64,000 bases of DNA from Pelomyxa schiedti (GCA_020536535.1 JAHLWZ010000813.1:54158-118157), one strand, 5' to 3'. Counted from the stretch's first letter, positions 48,983 through 62,185 are shown. Translations and numbers: made by a program. Notes: generated by a model not told the origin, from the letters alone.

Positions 48983-50691
48983 ATGGCCAGTAGCGCAACA
49001 GCAGCCGCCGTTTTGTCCCAACAGGCGCCGCCACTGGGCCTCGTGCAGCAGCCCCCCGCCGCCGCAGCCGCAGCCGCGACGGGCGCCGCAGCCGCGACCC
49101 CCCAGCAGCAGATACAGCAGCAGGTCCGCTGCGTGCGGGAGTGCCCCCCCTCGCGGTGCCGCTTCGCCGTGCGCGACGTGCCCGGCTGCTCCGACCGCTT
49201 CGCCGTGACCGCCGCCGTGTGCCCCGGCGCCGCCCCCGCGCCCTCGCCCTCCTCCGTGTCTTCCACGTCGCAGTCGCCCTTGTCGTCGTCGTCGTCGTCG
49301 GTTGGGGGGGCGAGTGCGGGCGCGGGCGGGAACAACGGCCCCGTGGTGTCCCTCGAGGTTGTGTACTCGATGTCGCACCCGCGGGCCCCGCCTGATGTGA
49401 TTGTGATACCAGTGAGTGATGACGATGAGCCCTTTGTCTCCTGGAACCAGGTTGGTTGGTTGTTGGTTGGTTGGTTGGTTGACGGATTGCTGCTTGGGGT
49501 TTTTTTTTTTTTCTTTTTTTTTTTCCCTCTTTTTAAATTATAGTTCTATGCCCTGAACCTTTGGGTTTTTTTTTTGTTTTTCCCTTGTGTAGGTTTCAGG
49601 CCTTGTAAAGTGGGACCCAGACAATCCAAGTGCATTGTTGGATGTTATGTTGGAACTGGTTCAAGCATATAAAGCACATCACCGGGCACTTGCTTTGTCA
49701 CTGCCTGATGAAAGGCTTCGAACTGATTTGGAAACCTACATTATTGCACAAGAGGTCTTTCCAGTCTTATTTTCGTTTTCTGCCCTCTTACTGTGTGCAG
49801 GGATCTGAGGTATTTGTGCAGTACACTGATGCTGGTCCAAAGGTTATGTGCACTGTGCCCATTCCAGTAACCCTGGCAGGAATTTGCGGTCACAGCACGC
49901 TAATTCTGGATTGCACTTACTGATGTCCACAGATAGAGGGAGGACGTTAGAAGGCAATGGAGTTGCTACCCTCAATTTAAAATACACATTGGGCGGCACT
50001 TTGTTGCGAACAGCTCCTGATGTATCGTGGGTACTACCCAGTCAAATAGAGAGCCTGTACGACAAAACATTAGTATGTTTTAGTTTCGTTTCCCTTCTGA
50101 ACTTAATTCTTCTCCAAAAGAGGATCCCTCCTTTCCCAGCACAATCACTTCTTGTTGATTACATACCTCAAGTTGTGGCAGCTCTCACAACACCATTTGA
50201 AAGCATACTCTCCCGACGGCAGTTGTTCACCGCATTGAAAGGAGTGCTTGGAAGGTTTTTTTCGCACTTAACTCGTTTCGTGAAATCACACATTCAAATT
50301 CAGTCCAGTGGAGTGGGAGAACTCTTACGCCAAGATATCATGGATGTACTATGAAGAGAAACACGAGTGGGGAGCTGTACTTACCAGTACCAAGTCATTT
50401 TCTGTTTCCTCACCTTAATCCATTCCTAGTTGCCATTCCCGACAACTACCCAGCTACTCAGCCCACACTGTCACTTGCTTCACTTGTAACTTTTAGCCAA
50501 AACAGACCTCTCACCCGTGTCTTTCATGAATACCCATACAGCCCCAGATGGCCCCCAGCAGAACTAGCCAACAGGATTTTGTAAGTCCTTTATGGTGTTT
50601 TTATGGCACTAACCATTGTAGCAACTTCCTCAAAGAGACAGCTCAAACCTTGAAAACAGGGTGGCCGAACGAGATAAAAGGAGGAAGATGA
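48983..50691 (+). CDS. BABAM2: BABAM2/BRE/BRCC45, BRISC and BRCA1-A complex subunit
   Basis: DRFAV...HPRAPPDVI, WDPDNPSALLDVMLELVQAY, LLVDYIPQV, YPATQPTL, YPYSPRW...ELANR. Confidence 0.85.
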
Positions 50692-50811
50692 AAAAACGAG
50701 AACTGTTTGATAATGTGGGAAACGAAAAAGGACTACACTTCCATTCTTTTTTTTTCCTTTTTGCTAGTAGTGTTGTAGTGTTCGAATACACACGAATCTT
50801 ATCATGTACAA

Positions 50812-51854
50812 CTAGGCTGGAATATACAGATAGTGAAGCTGAAACTTAGCCACAGGAAGGGATAAGGATGTAGACAGATAGTCATCACCCCTCTGATACC
50901 GTAGGAAAGAATCAGTACTGAGTGGTGTGACAAGAACATGAGGGCCATTGATTCTACGCAATGGGATTCCACTCCCGTGCTCCAGCTGAAACACATCCCA
51001 TGATGTTATTCTCTTCTCAGGTAACCTTAAATACAAGCCACTGTGGCGAGGCTGAGGCCGCAGAGACAGCACCTTGCCTGAGGAAATGTGCTCAAGAAAG
51101 AACACTGGGTCCCCAGTGGGATTGTTGTTGCTGTTGTTGATGAGTCTGTTTGCTGGTGTGATAGCGAAGGCTGTTGCAGCTTGGTCATGGGGATCAGCAC
51201 GGTGTAGGTCAGGGGCTCCATCTCTGGAAGCACCGGTACGACCACCGGATGAAGCTTTTTGTGTATATCCAAGCCATCCACAGCCAAGTAGCTATGTAAC
51301 TTTGAACTGGGTGTGGAGGGATGTTCATACTATCACAGGGTATTACTTAATATCAAAGATAGGTACCCTAATCTGAGCAACTCCACACCAATCATGTTTG
51401 AGAAACAGCGTAAGTGAAACTAATTTGGGTGTTCCCCTGTGGTCAAGCCTGTACTCATCAGCCGTCGAGATCGTCGCTTCATCATCGTCACTCCCACAAT
51501 CCCCGCTTCTGCCGCCGCCTCCTCCGGCAAAAGGCAGACCCCTGCACGACTGGAACCGGGAGCGGTGCCTCGACGACTGCACCATGCACTCGGCAGGATC
51601 CCGGCACATGCTGACGCCATTGCGGTCCAGCAACGACCACCACACTTCCCCAGTGAACGACAAGGGCCCGTAGCGAAATGCCATACAGACCTGTGTGCGT
51701 TGTTGACCTCAGCCATTGTGGGGTGTGTGGATTTTTGAATGATCGAGGCAAAGAGTGAACTCACTTGTGATAACAGTAACAGCTCTGCTGGGTGCAGCTC
51801 CGACGCAAAGGCGTTGGGGCAGTTTTCCAGTGCCGAAATCCACGCTACATCCAT
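50812..51854 (-). CDS. Hypothetical protein with an F-box-like N-terminus
   Basis: Spliced N-terminus ...ELHPAELLLLSQVCMAFR...VWWSLL. Exons join through canonical GT-AG introns. Confidence 0.5.
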
Positions 51855-51974
51855 TGTTCCCCTTTGTTCTTTTATGGGAATTGGAGGAGCTAATCGTTTG
51901 TTCCAAAGGAAGTTTAACTTTTTGTTTTATTCTGTGTTGATAGCAGAGCCAAAGTGGCTGCGGGTATTAGGCAG

Positions 51975-53220
51975 TTAGAACCTGTAACCGCGGATGAATT
52001 TTTGCCTTGGAGACCGGACATTTGGGGGTGGCAAGTAGGTAGTATATTGTACTTGGGGTTGCATAGTGCGGTAGTTACGCCTTGGGCTTCTCTGGAGGGG
52101 ATGGGGAGGCAAATACTGTGGAGGTTGTTGCATAGCAGGCTGGGGAGCAAAGTTGTAGGCACCTTGGTAGCCAGAAGGCAGATATTTGTATACAATAGGC
52201 ATGGGTGTTGGTACAGAAACTGGATAGACCATTCGTGGTTGGTTTTGTTGCCTTGGCTCGGGAATCTGCGTTCTCTTAGAAGAAAAAGAAAAGAACTCAG
52301 TGTACTTACAGGTGTGAAGGGAGGTTCTTCAAGATACACAACCTCATTGCCATATCGCTGGCGAGAGGAATACCTCCTGTTATTTTCGATAGCACACATG
52401 AGGTGCATTTTGGTCATTTTTAGTTTGTGATTAAATTATTAGTGTTAATGTTGAGAGTGACAGAGTATGATAGCATGGGGTGGAACATGGATAGGCAAGA
52501 AGAGAGGATGTGATATCATCAGCTCGCCCATAACCAATCACAGGAGAGGGAGGATGCGATGTGTGGTTTACAACAGACAGCTTACACGAGGGCCTGACGG
52601 CGGGGACGGCGTGCTGGACTTCTTTGTATACTGCGTGGCTAGGTACAAGTAAATACTACGGCAAGAGTAAAATGTGCTCATACAGGGATTGAAGATGCGG
52701 CAGGATCACTAACGTACACTGTGGGAGGAGGGGCATACACCACCCTGGGCTCTGGTATCCTCCTTGGCTGTACTTGAGGAACTGGTGGTGGAAGCTTCCT
52801 TTTGGTAATTCGGATCATATGCCTTCTGGGTGGTAGATTGAACACGTTGGCGGGCATTTGTTGCTGCTGTGGTTGTGGCCGAGACCTATCGCCAAGGTGT
52901 TATGCCAGAGCAAATGATAAAAAAGTTGTGCAGCACTACAAATCGCGAGCACATGAAACTCAAAGAATATACACAATGATCATAGGATGCTATACTTGAT
53001 CAATACAGTTCTCCGTCTTGTTTGAGTCACTTGCGGCTGCTGCATAGGAATCTGGGGTTGAGTTTGCAAGGGCTGCATAGTAGGTGCCAATTCTTGGTAT
53101 GGTACAACATAGCCTCTGGCAGCTCCCTGAGCCCGTATACGGGCTAAATTGGCTCGTTCTCCCGCTACTCTGCGGTTGCGGTATCGGTTATTTTGACCCA
53201 CCTGTCGAGATGAAAGTTGG
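51975..53220 (-). CDS. Hypothetical Pro/Gln/Tyr/Arg-rich low-complexity protein; boundaries uncertain, may be two genes
   Basis: Several short minus-strand ORFs of similar composition, a repeated IPEPR motif and plausible GT-AG junctions. Confidence 0.35.
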
Positions 53221-53848
53221 TTGGCATCATTGAGCGTTTCATGAGAGCCAGTTGGCCGATTGTATTTTTGTGTTTTGTTCCTTGAACGTTGTCACTATCG
53301 CGAGGATTTGTTTGCCGAGTAATGCATTAATTGCGTTTGTTGTCAATGATGTTGCGATGAGTTGTCCCAAGTTCACAGTCAACGAACCGTTTGTCTTCGT
53401 TGTGTTCGAGCCCCTCCTCTCGACGCTGTCGTCGGTGTCCCTTCATGTATAATAGTCTCTATCGATACGTGTACATTAACGTAATGCCCCGTGAAACATA
53501 AACCCAACACAAACAACCGCTTACGAGGGAAGAAAAAAAAAACATGCGTCGGTGTGTGGTGTAATACCAAGATCCTGGTTGAGCCTTGCTTCGGTACTGT
53601 TGTTGCCGGAACCGGTGGACATACGGCCAGTGTTACTTGGTTTTTGTTTCTTTTTTCTTTTGGCCTCTTCCAGTACTTTTTTTCGTTTTGATGGAGATCG
53701 CTCACAGTTGCCTCCGAAAAAAGAACCTTCATTCCAGGAGGCTTTGTTGTGTTTGCTTGTCTCTTTTTCTCATGGCACTTTCACTTTGGAGGGGAATGGG
53801 GGTTTTTTTTATTATTATACAATCAATGTTGATGGTGTGGTTTGGAGG

Positions 53849-55680
53849 TTAACTTTGACTTGGTCTTGGTTCTAACTTAAGAGAAGTCCTGTACTGTTCG
53901 TCCTCGCGAGAGGGGCTTTTGCACAGCAACACCCTGTGTACATGTTCCCTATTCACAGGATTGCAGATTCCAGGGGGTGGAATGAACCGCTGTGTTTGGT
54001 ACACCTTTAGCTCCAGGATCACAGCAGCAATTTGTCTTTGTTTGTAGAAATTTATCAGGCCGTCGTGGTATCCACAACCACCTTCTTCAATAAATGTCAG
54101 GTCGGTGAGATATAGGCCTGTTGGTTTGTTTGTTTAAAAAAACACTGGATTAGTGGAATAGCATTGCTACATATTATATACCAATATAGGGTAGTGCAGG
54201 AGGTGAAATATTATGCAGGCGTTGCCTAAGTGCGTGGTAGTTGCCTCTCGTTTCTGTGCATGCTCTAATATCTTCAAGTTTTTTAGCTGCAGTCTTGGAT
54301 ATCTTTTTTCCCTCCATTGTTATTGTTTTTATTTATTTGTGCAATAGACCTTTTCCCAAGTCCTTTTCAACCGAAACACAGATGAATTGTTCAACCCAGA
54401 TAGTACTGCCATACAAGAGCATATGTCATGGATATCCCACAGTGTTTGTGCGAGGTCAATGGCCGATTCTAGTGCTGAAACTCTTTGAGGTAGTTCTGAT
54501 TTGGAAATTATGTAGCCTGACATCCAATTGGAGATCTTAAATTATGTCACTCCTAAGTAAAAAAAGGCACAGCTTACTGTATTGAAAATACTTATCATAG
54601 CCACAATATTGGGAGAGGTTTCTGCTTTCTTGGGTTTGCTCCAGTTCATACACATAAGTTCCTTTGGAGTGATTCGCCGGAAAATATCACAGCTTAAGCA
54701 AGCCATGTGCCAGGCGCACTCTGTGGGGGTCATAATATCAAGGAGTGGTATGCTGCAAGGTTCAGCAGACGTACAAAAGCTATACGCAGCTGGAAGTTCA
54801 AGGGACTGATTTTTAGCTGGAATTCTACATCTGAAAGACAGTATTGGGAGCACGAAACTTAAATATGTAGTGCAAACAGTTTTCCTGAAATGTAGCTGGT
54901 AATGAAATTCCACATAGGGTGATGTCGAGTGGTTCCAATAAACTTCTTAAGGTCAAGATAAAACTCTGAGGAGATAGAGAGCTCATCAGTACGCCTCAGC
55001 CACAGGCAAATACTCTTCACGGTATCCATAGGAAGCAGCAATAATGTATTACCACCCAAACGGGCACGATTGTGGAAAGAGAACATAACGGATGTCGCGC
55101 AATCCCGCCACTTCATTAGGTTTTGAAGTAAATCTGGGTCATCTTGACAAAAGTTAGGCTTATCATGGAATGGGTGTTTCAGCACCTGTGATGAAGTCTG
55201 TCGGCACTAAAGACACCCACATTTGAAGGGCATGAATAATTCTAAATGAGTGTTACACTTTGCACATAACAGATACGTCATACTTGCATTGCTCTTCTTG
55301 TGCGGTAGGGGTGTGCAAGCTATCTCGTTCAATGAAACTACAATGCAGTTACAAAGGAATAGGTTCAGGGAAAATAAAAAAAACCTGTTAGTGAGGGTGT
55401 TAAATACAAAACGCTGGTTTGTAAACCCAGAGTAGGTCAAGAAGAAAGTTTTCAAAAAACCATGTGGATCTAGCAGCCTTTGTCTCTGTTCGTCTTAGAA
55501 TTGAGTTACTGGAAAACCAAAACAAAACAAGGCAAACCCACCCTCTATAAACATGAGGTTAATGAGGCCTTGTAAGTTGCCCCGTCTCGCGGCTCCATCT
55601 TCAATAATAACTGCTGGCTCCTGCTCGTAACTGTAAATGATGGGAAACAACGGAGGACGTGGGACCTCTTTCTCAGTCAT
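53849..55680 (-). CDS. RasGEF (REM + CDC25 domains)
   Basis: RGNLQGLINLM, FLKTFFLTY..F, ITPKELM..NW.K, SPNIVAMI..FN, MAVLSGLNNSSVFRLKRTW, PALPYIGLYLTDLTFIEEG, INFYK. Confidence 0.9.
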
Positions 55681-56169
55681 TTTTTTGTTTTTTATTCAAT
55701 TTGTGAAACATCTTTTATCGACTTCGTCCGCTCCTCCGGTTGAAGAGGCGTTCTCTGAAAGTCATCTTTTTCACTGAGGATGTGAAAGACCGTTCTTTTC
55801 TGGAGGCAACCTTGAACAGAATAGAATAGAAAAAAAGTTTGCACTTAAGGTGGTTGTCGATGCATCACTTCGGTTCGGCAGCTAGTCTTGAACTGCTAGA
55901 CTTCGTGGAAAAAGTGGCTTAAGTCTTGTTGTGGAGCTGTGCAGGTTTCCTAAGGGAGATATGGGTGATGTGAAATTTCCCTCACTCGCGTGCTGAGAGG
56001 ACAGGAAGCTTGCCCAGTTTTGTTGTTTCAATGAAAGGTGCAAAATTTTTTTTAGCGAAGGGACGCGTTTCGTCTCTTCGTCTTCGACTCCAAGGCACAA
56101 CAACCAACTAGAGCCACAACAACATCACCGAAAGGTCACCCCCGAACTCGAAAACAGCAGCATCAGACC

Positions 56170-59100
56170 ATGGACCCGCCGCCTTCCCCCAGTACAACAT
56201 CGACGCCAACATCAACATGCTCAACAGCAACGACAGCACCAACAGCAACACCCACGACACCAACGACCGTTGCCGAGTGGCTGTCGTCGTTGCACCCGGA
56301 CCTGGCGCCTTACGCGGCCGAGTTTGCGCGGCAGGCCGTCACCCTCGCGCTGCTCCCCACCCTCAGCGACGACGACCTCGTGGCCCTGGGCGTCGACAAG
56401 ATCGGCCACCGCCGCCGCGTCGGGCGCGAGGCCGCGAGGCTCCCGCGCCCCGGCTCGGGCTGCCCCTGCTTCTGCTCGGCGTCGCGGCACTTCGCGGCGT
56501 GCGGGTGCGCTACGTTCGGGGCGTGCCCGCGGTGCGCGGACGTGGCGACGTGGCTGCGGGGCGTGGGGCTGCCCGAGCACGCGGGGGCGTTTGAGCGCGA
56601 GGCGGTGCTGCCCGACTTGCTCGCGGAGCTCAGCGACGGCGACCTCAAGAAGCTCGGCGTAGAAAAGCTGGGCCACAGGAGGCTCATCATGATGGAGGCA
56701 AACCTTCCTAGAAAATCAGCAGTTGCTTCTGCTTCTGCTTCTTCTTCTTCTTCTGGCACTGCAACTGCAATTTCTGCTGCCATTACTGCTAATTCTAATA
56801 TCAATACCAATGCAAATGCAAGTGCTAGTGTCAATGTATCTGCTGGTGTTTCAGGGGTTTCTTGCTCAAAGAATATGAATGTGGTCAATTGTGGTAACAA
56901 CAATAACAGTAATGCCACTGTTGTGTGCTCTGGGAGCTTGTCAGAATGTGGGTGGAACTTCGGTAAGAATTCCTCATCTTCATCCACTTCATCTGCAGAA
57001 GGGTGCCTGGATCAGGGTTTGGTTATTGGATCACCTGGGCAGCTGCATGGTCACTCTCTCACTCCTCCTGGAGCACTGCTGTCTCCCACATTACAGGGCC
57101 TTATGCACTCTCCGTCGCCTCCTCCTACCATTGTTATCACTGGAACTGGTTCTACCTCTCTCTCTCCCAATGGCACTCAAAATGGGGGTCTCTCTGTTAG
57201 TGCACCTGTTCCAACTGGTCCCACAGCGTGCACATCTACCTCTGTTTCAGTTCCTTCTGGTCCAAATAGAATTACAGGGGATAGTCCACTCAAGAAGGTT
57301 TTGCTTCGTAACGTCGAGTTACAAGAAGTTGTTGGAATAGGAGGCTTTGGAGAAGTTTGGAAGGTAAATTATTTTTTTTGTTTGAATATCCTAACATATT
57401 TTCCTTGTAGGGTTTATGGGAGGGTACAGCTGTGGCAATCAAACGCCCAAAGGAAAAGGGATCCTCACTACATGAAGAAAGTCTCATTCATGAGGCGGAG
57501 GTTAAAACCCTGAAACCTCTTAAAAATTTCAAATAAAAATCTGAAAAGGTTTGGATGAAAATGAGACACCCCCATATTGTATCGTTTTATGGACTTTTCT
57601 ATAAAGATGGTGTACCTCATATAATCACGGAATTCATGCCTGAGGGCTCTCTAGACAAATTTTTGCATAATAACAAAGATCTTCCCATGTTGCAACTCTT
57701 GGGGTTTGCTAAAGACACAGTATTGGGAATGGTGTATCTGGAGAGTAACAAAATCGTGCACAGGTCACTACTTTTTTTATGTATCATTCGATCTCAGCTA
57801 GAATTACAGAGATTTAGCGGCAAGGAACTTACTGCTCAAACCTAACCTCCAAGTTTGTGTCAGTGGTGAGTGAGTCTGGCAAAATTATGGAATGGTTTCT
57901 CAAATACAACAGATTTTGGTCTGAGTAGATCTTTAATAGACTCCGATACAGTAAACCCTCAATCCGATTTAATTCCATTGCGGTGGGCAGCTCCTGAATA
58001 TATTCAATACCATGTATTCTCCTCGAAATCGGATGTCTGGAGTTTTGGTTAAATTTTTCTTTCTTTTTTTTTTTGCACTGATAGATTCTTCTGGGTTTGG
58101 TGTGAAACAGGAGTTGTACTATGGGAAATACTTACATCTGGGTCTCTACCCTATGAAGGAATTCCTTCGAGTAAAATTTTATCCCATATTCAAGCTGGGA
58201 ATCGTTTACCACCGCCTCCAAATTGCCCTAATTCGATTTATGAAATAATGTCTAATTGCTGGAATCCAGTTTGTAGTCTTGACCTATTTTTTCTTTTCTT
58301 AAACTTCTCTTTCTTGCCAGAATGCCGATAAGCGTCCCACATTCAAAGAATTGAGTTATCACTTAAAAACTCATCCACATGATGCACTATTGAATGTACA
58401 GCTCCACTACCTCTTCTGGTTCTCACATTCTACGGTTTTTCTTAGTTGTATATGTTTTATTGTGAAGAGTGCTGGAGTGGCGGAGGTATGAGCTGCAGTA
58501 ACCACAAAGCTGTACCCAGATTCGAACATGGGTGCACAATTTCGTCACTTCCCAGACCTACTCCCGACCTCACAAGGCCTATCTTGCGAACTTCCGCTGG
58601 GACCATCGCCTCCCCCGACTCTACAAACCACCCCCAACTAGTTCTTCCTTCTTATACACAAAGCACCTCTTCCAACTCTCAAAATTCATCTTCAAGCAGT
58701 TCAAGCAATAGTTGCAGCTCTCCAACAGCGATTCACAGAGTACCAGCACCATCTTATCTCCTTCAAACAGCCGATCTATCCTCCACTCCAATCGACATCT
58801 TCTGCCAGTGTGCAATTTTCTGCCAGTCTACCGAGTCCCTCGCCTCTGTTGACCTCACTTGCATCCAGTTTTCTGAACATGGAGGCAATTATACACTCGA
58901 GTTTGATGCAACCGACAGATTCTTTTATGCCAGTTATCCCTGCCAACAGCAGGATGATGCTCTATTATACAGTGTAGCACTCAATCTTCCTGGTTCCATA
59001 GTCATGCCACTTAGTGTGGAACTCCTGATAAATTTGAAAGGAAATCTGTCTCCAATGTTTCTGCAGGTTAGCAAATCTACTTTTTACTTACCACTATTAG

Positions 59101-59895
59101 ATATCTTAATGGTGCTTCATGTGATCTCTGTGAAGCCTATACCCCGTGCTTTTGGTATCATTGTACCGACCCTGCTTGCAGTAACTACGATCTATGCTCA
59201 TGGTGCTACAATGCACAAAACAAACCGGAAAGTGTGAAAGTAGACTTTGGAGCACACAATTCTACCCACAAAATGGTTCGATGTAAGATTCTACTTAAAT
59301 TTCCCCATTCTCTTCCAAATAACCCAACAAACACAAAAAAAAGCCTACAGAAACCAAGAAATATCTATTATAACAGCACTCACAGACCCAGAGAAGTGGA
59401 TTGCAGGCAACACAATGCACTCCCTATCCATCCCCCACGTTGGACAGACATGCATGGCCGTAATTGATGGCGACCCACGCATAGTATTACACTCACAAAT
59501 TACAAGTATCCCAGTTCAGCAAGGCTGGTCAGCAAAACCCAGCTACGGCACATATAATCGTAATGCCTATGGAGCAAATTGCAGTTCGGCGAATAATACA
59601 GGCAGCAACATACCCACATCATCCACAAACAGTGCACCTACATGCCAGTCTCAGTCCCACGGCGTTACATCAACATCAAGTACAGATGATTCAGCTCGGT
59701 GCAAGGTTCCTACAACAGACTGCCTTGCACTGCAATTGAAGAGAGTTCACATCACTGCAACCAAAGATACATTCAACTTCAAACTGCGGTATGTAGTTAT
59801 CTGTAGCTGCTTTTTTTGGTGAGTTGCTTATTGTTGTGTCTGACTCTTTTTGCAGGAACGCTTTTAAGCAGTTCTGTCAACAGAACAACAAATGA
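56170..59895 (+). CDS. Cytoplasmic protein tyrosine kinase with tandem SAM domains and a ZZ-type zinc finger
   Basis: Two SAM domains (VAEWL..L...Y...F....V.L..L..LSDDDL..LGV.KIGHR). Kinase GIGGFGEV, VAIK, spliced HRDLAARN, DFGLSR, IPLRWAAPE, KSDVWSFG. ZZ CDLC...YHC....C.NYDLC..C...H...H after intron 59057-59100. Confidence 0.85.
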
Positions 59896-60280
59896 TGATT
59901 GTGTTTGTAGTATTCCGTTTTATGAGTATCAGTTGAACAAGTCTTGTTTTTACTAGAACTGTAAATAACAACTTTCAACAGTACTTCTTGTCCTATGCCC
60001 CACAGTTAAACAACTGCTTTTTTTTCCCAAAATATTTGTGTGCATTGGTTATTAGGAGTGGTTGTAGAATGCAGCAGTCAAGAGGTCGCGGGTGCGGTTC
60101 AGGCCCAGAGACGTGACCAAAGGTCCGGTCGTAATCTTTAGCTCTTGTAGGATTGGACATATATTTTGGCATCAGATAAAAAGTTAAAAAAAAAAAAATA
60201 AGCTGGGGTGAGGGCAACGCAAAGCGGAAAGTTTCCGGTGTGCACACCTTTTCCCTTTTTTCGTGCAATTGTTTTACTGA

Positions 60281-61700
60281 ATGTCGTCACTCGCAGTGAT
60301 GTACAAAAGCGAGTCAATTCCAGACGATGTACTCTGGCATTTTTTCTCCATGGTGGCGGACGAAGATCAGCTCCCGACTTCAACTGCAACTTTATTGTGG
60401 GACGCCGATCGGGCTTTTCTATGCTTCAGTCGCGGGCTGACTGAAGGGAGACCCCGAAATGCTCCGCATGATCGGGGAATTCTACATGAGGGGGCAGGGA
60501 ACGGATCCAGACCCAATCAAGGGGACGCAGTACTTCCACAAGGCAGCAGACGCCGGCAGTGTGGCGGCATTATGGGACATATCTCAGTGCTACTTCACAG
60601 GCAGAGGTGTTGAGGAAGATGTCGCCAAAGGCCTTCCTTTTCTGCAGAAGGCGGCTGATGCTGGAGATTCGTATTCAATCTATGTGCTTGGAGTCTGCTT
60701 CCAAGGTGGCATTGGAGTGCCTCAAGATCTCAGAAAAGCGGCTGCTTTGATGCAGAAAGCTGCCGATCTTGGGGTTGCTACCGCATGTGTTACTCTTGGA
60801 GATCTTTACCTAAGGGGCTCAGGTGTTCCTGCCAACGCCGAAAGAGCTGCTTCGCTTTCCCAGAAGGCTATAAATGATCCAGAGATTGGATGGAAGGCTC
60901 AGCGTAATCTCAGTGAATTCTATTTGCTCGGTACACATGGAGTGAAAAAGGATGTGAAGAAGGGTGTATCACTTTCTGCAGAAGCAGTTGAGAAGGAGGA
61001 TCCAGAAGGATTGTTTAGCCTTGGCAGATGATATTTGGAGTGGAGCGAGATGTAAAAAAGGCAGTTGAGCTTTACCAGAGGTCTATGGAAGGTGGTTGTG
61101 TTAGTGCAATGTACAACCTCAGTATGCACTACGTTGATGATGTTGGCGTTCAACGTGACCCGGAACAAGCCGCTTCACTTCATCAGAAAGCTGCTGAGAA
61201 AGGTGAATCGCAAGCATTATGGAGCCTGGCCAGACGTTATGACACTGGAGAAGGAGTCAAGAAAGATGTCAAAAAGGCAATCGAGCTTTTCCAGAGGTCT
61301 GTGGAAGGTGGTTATCCAAAAGCAATGTACGAGCTCAGCAACCACTTCATGAAAGGCGAAGGCATTACATTTGACCCAGAACATTTCGCTTCTGGAGAGA
61401 GCTTCAGCCCGCAATGCGTAAACTTGCCCAATACTACCAGGATGGCCAAGGAGTTTCTGTGGATATTGACAAAGCAATTTCACTCCTGAATAATGCCGCT
61501 GATGCTGGAGATGATCAAGCAATGTTTGAACTCAGCAACCTCTACAGCACTGGAGATGGTGTTCCCATTGACATGCCTCGTGCTGTGTCACTGCAGTTGG
61601 ATGGGGTCTTTTGACTGGTGCTTATGACATGAAACGCGACGTCCATAGGGCCGTTCCCATTCTGAAGAAGGTTGCACACGAGTCATATGGTGCGTTAGCT
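60281..61700 (+). pseudogene. Sel1-like repeat gene broken by frameshifts and deletions
   Basis: Sel1 repeats (YMRGQG...KAADAG) are split across ORFs 60281, 60459, 61028, 61414 and 61611. Frame breaks at about 60448, 61030, 61385-61410 and 61600, with no intron-sized GT-AG gaps. Confidence 0.75.
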
Positions 61701-61940
61701 GTTGCTTGTGTTGCTGGTTTGTCTTTTTGTGTTTCTAAGCGAAGGGCACGAATTGTTGATGCTGGGAGTACTCCAATTCTTCTCAATATTATGTTGTCCT
61801 TCCACCCTGAAAGAACTAACATACAAAACACTCCTCGCCGAGGGAAACAGAAGACAGATCTCTCAAACACAGATGGCCCATTTTTGGGTCTCAGTCCATT
61901 CGGCACAAAAAGACAATCAGCTTCCAGCAAAGAGTTCTTA

Positions 61941-62185
61941 TCCTTGTTGTCACCAAGCATTGTTGTCGTCGCTCGGTCCACTGAAGCACCGGCAGTGATT
62001 CCCAATCCCTCACTTGTTTTCTCAATGCTGTTTGGAGCTGGCCCACTTATTTGGGTTAGTTTGTGTGCAGCTTGGTGCAAGTCATAATGCGAATTAGGTA
62101 ATGACACACCAAGTGAGGGATCGGGAATCACTGCCGGTGCTTCAGCGGACCGAGCGACAACAACAATGCTTGGTGACAACAAGGA
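61941..62185. repeat. Inverted repeat: 76-bp arms (61941-62016 and 62110-62185), 3 mismatches, 93-bp spacer
   Basis: tccttgttgtcaccaagcattg...ccctcacttg matches the reverse complement of caagtgaggg...gacaacaagga. Confidence 0.95.

Noticed and set aside
55985-56000. GCGTGCTGAGA resembling a TPP riboswitch core
   Set aside because: The downstream pyrophosphate-binding half (CCTGA...TAAT...GCG.AGG) is absent and no thiamine gene is adjacent.
60281-61700. Programmed frameshifting or RNA editing restoring the Sel1 gene
   Set aside because: The breaks include multi-codon deletions of repeat segments, show no shared slippery motif, and lie in rearranged DNA, so decay or assembly error is simpler.
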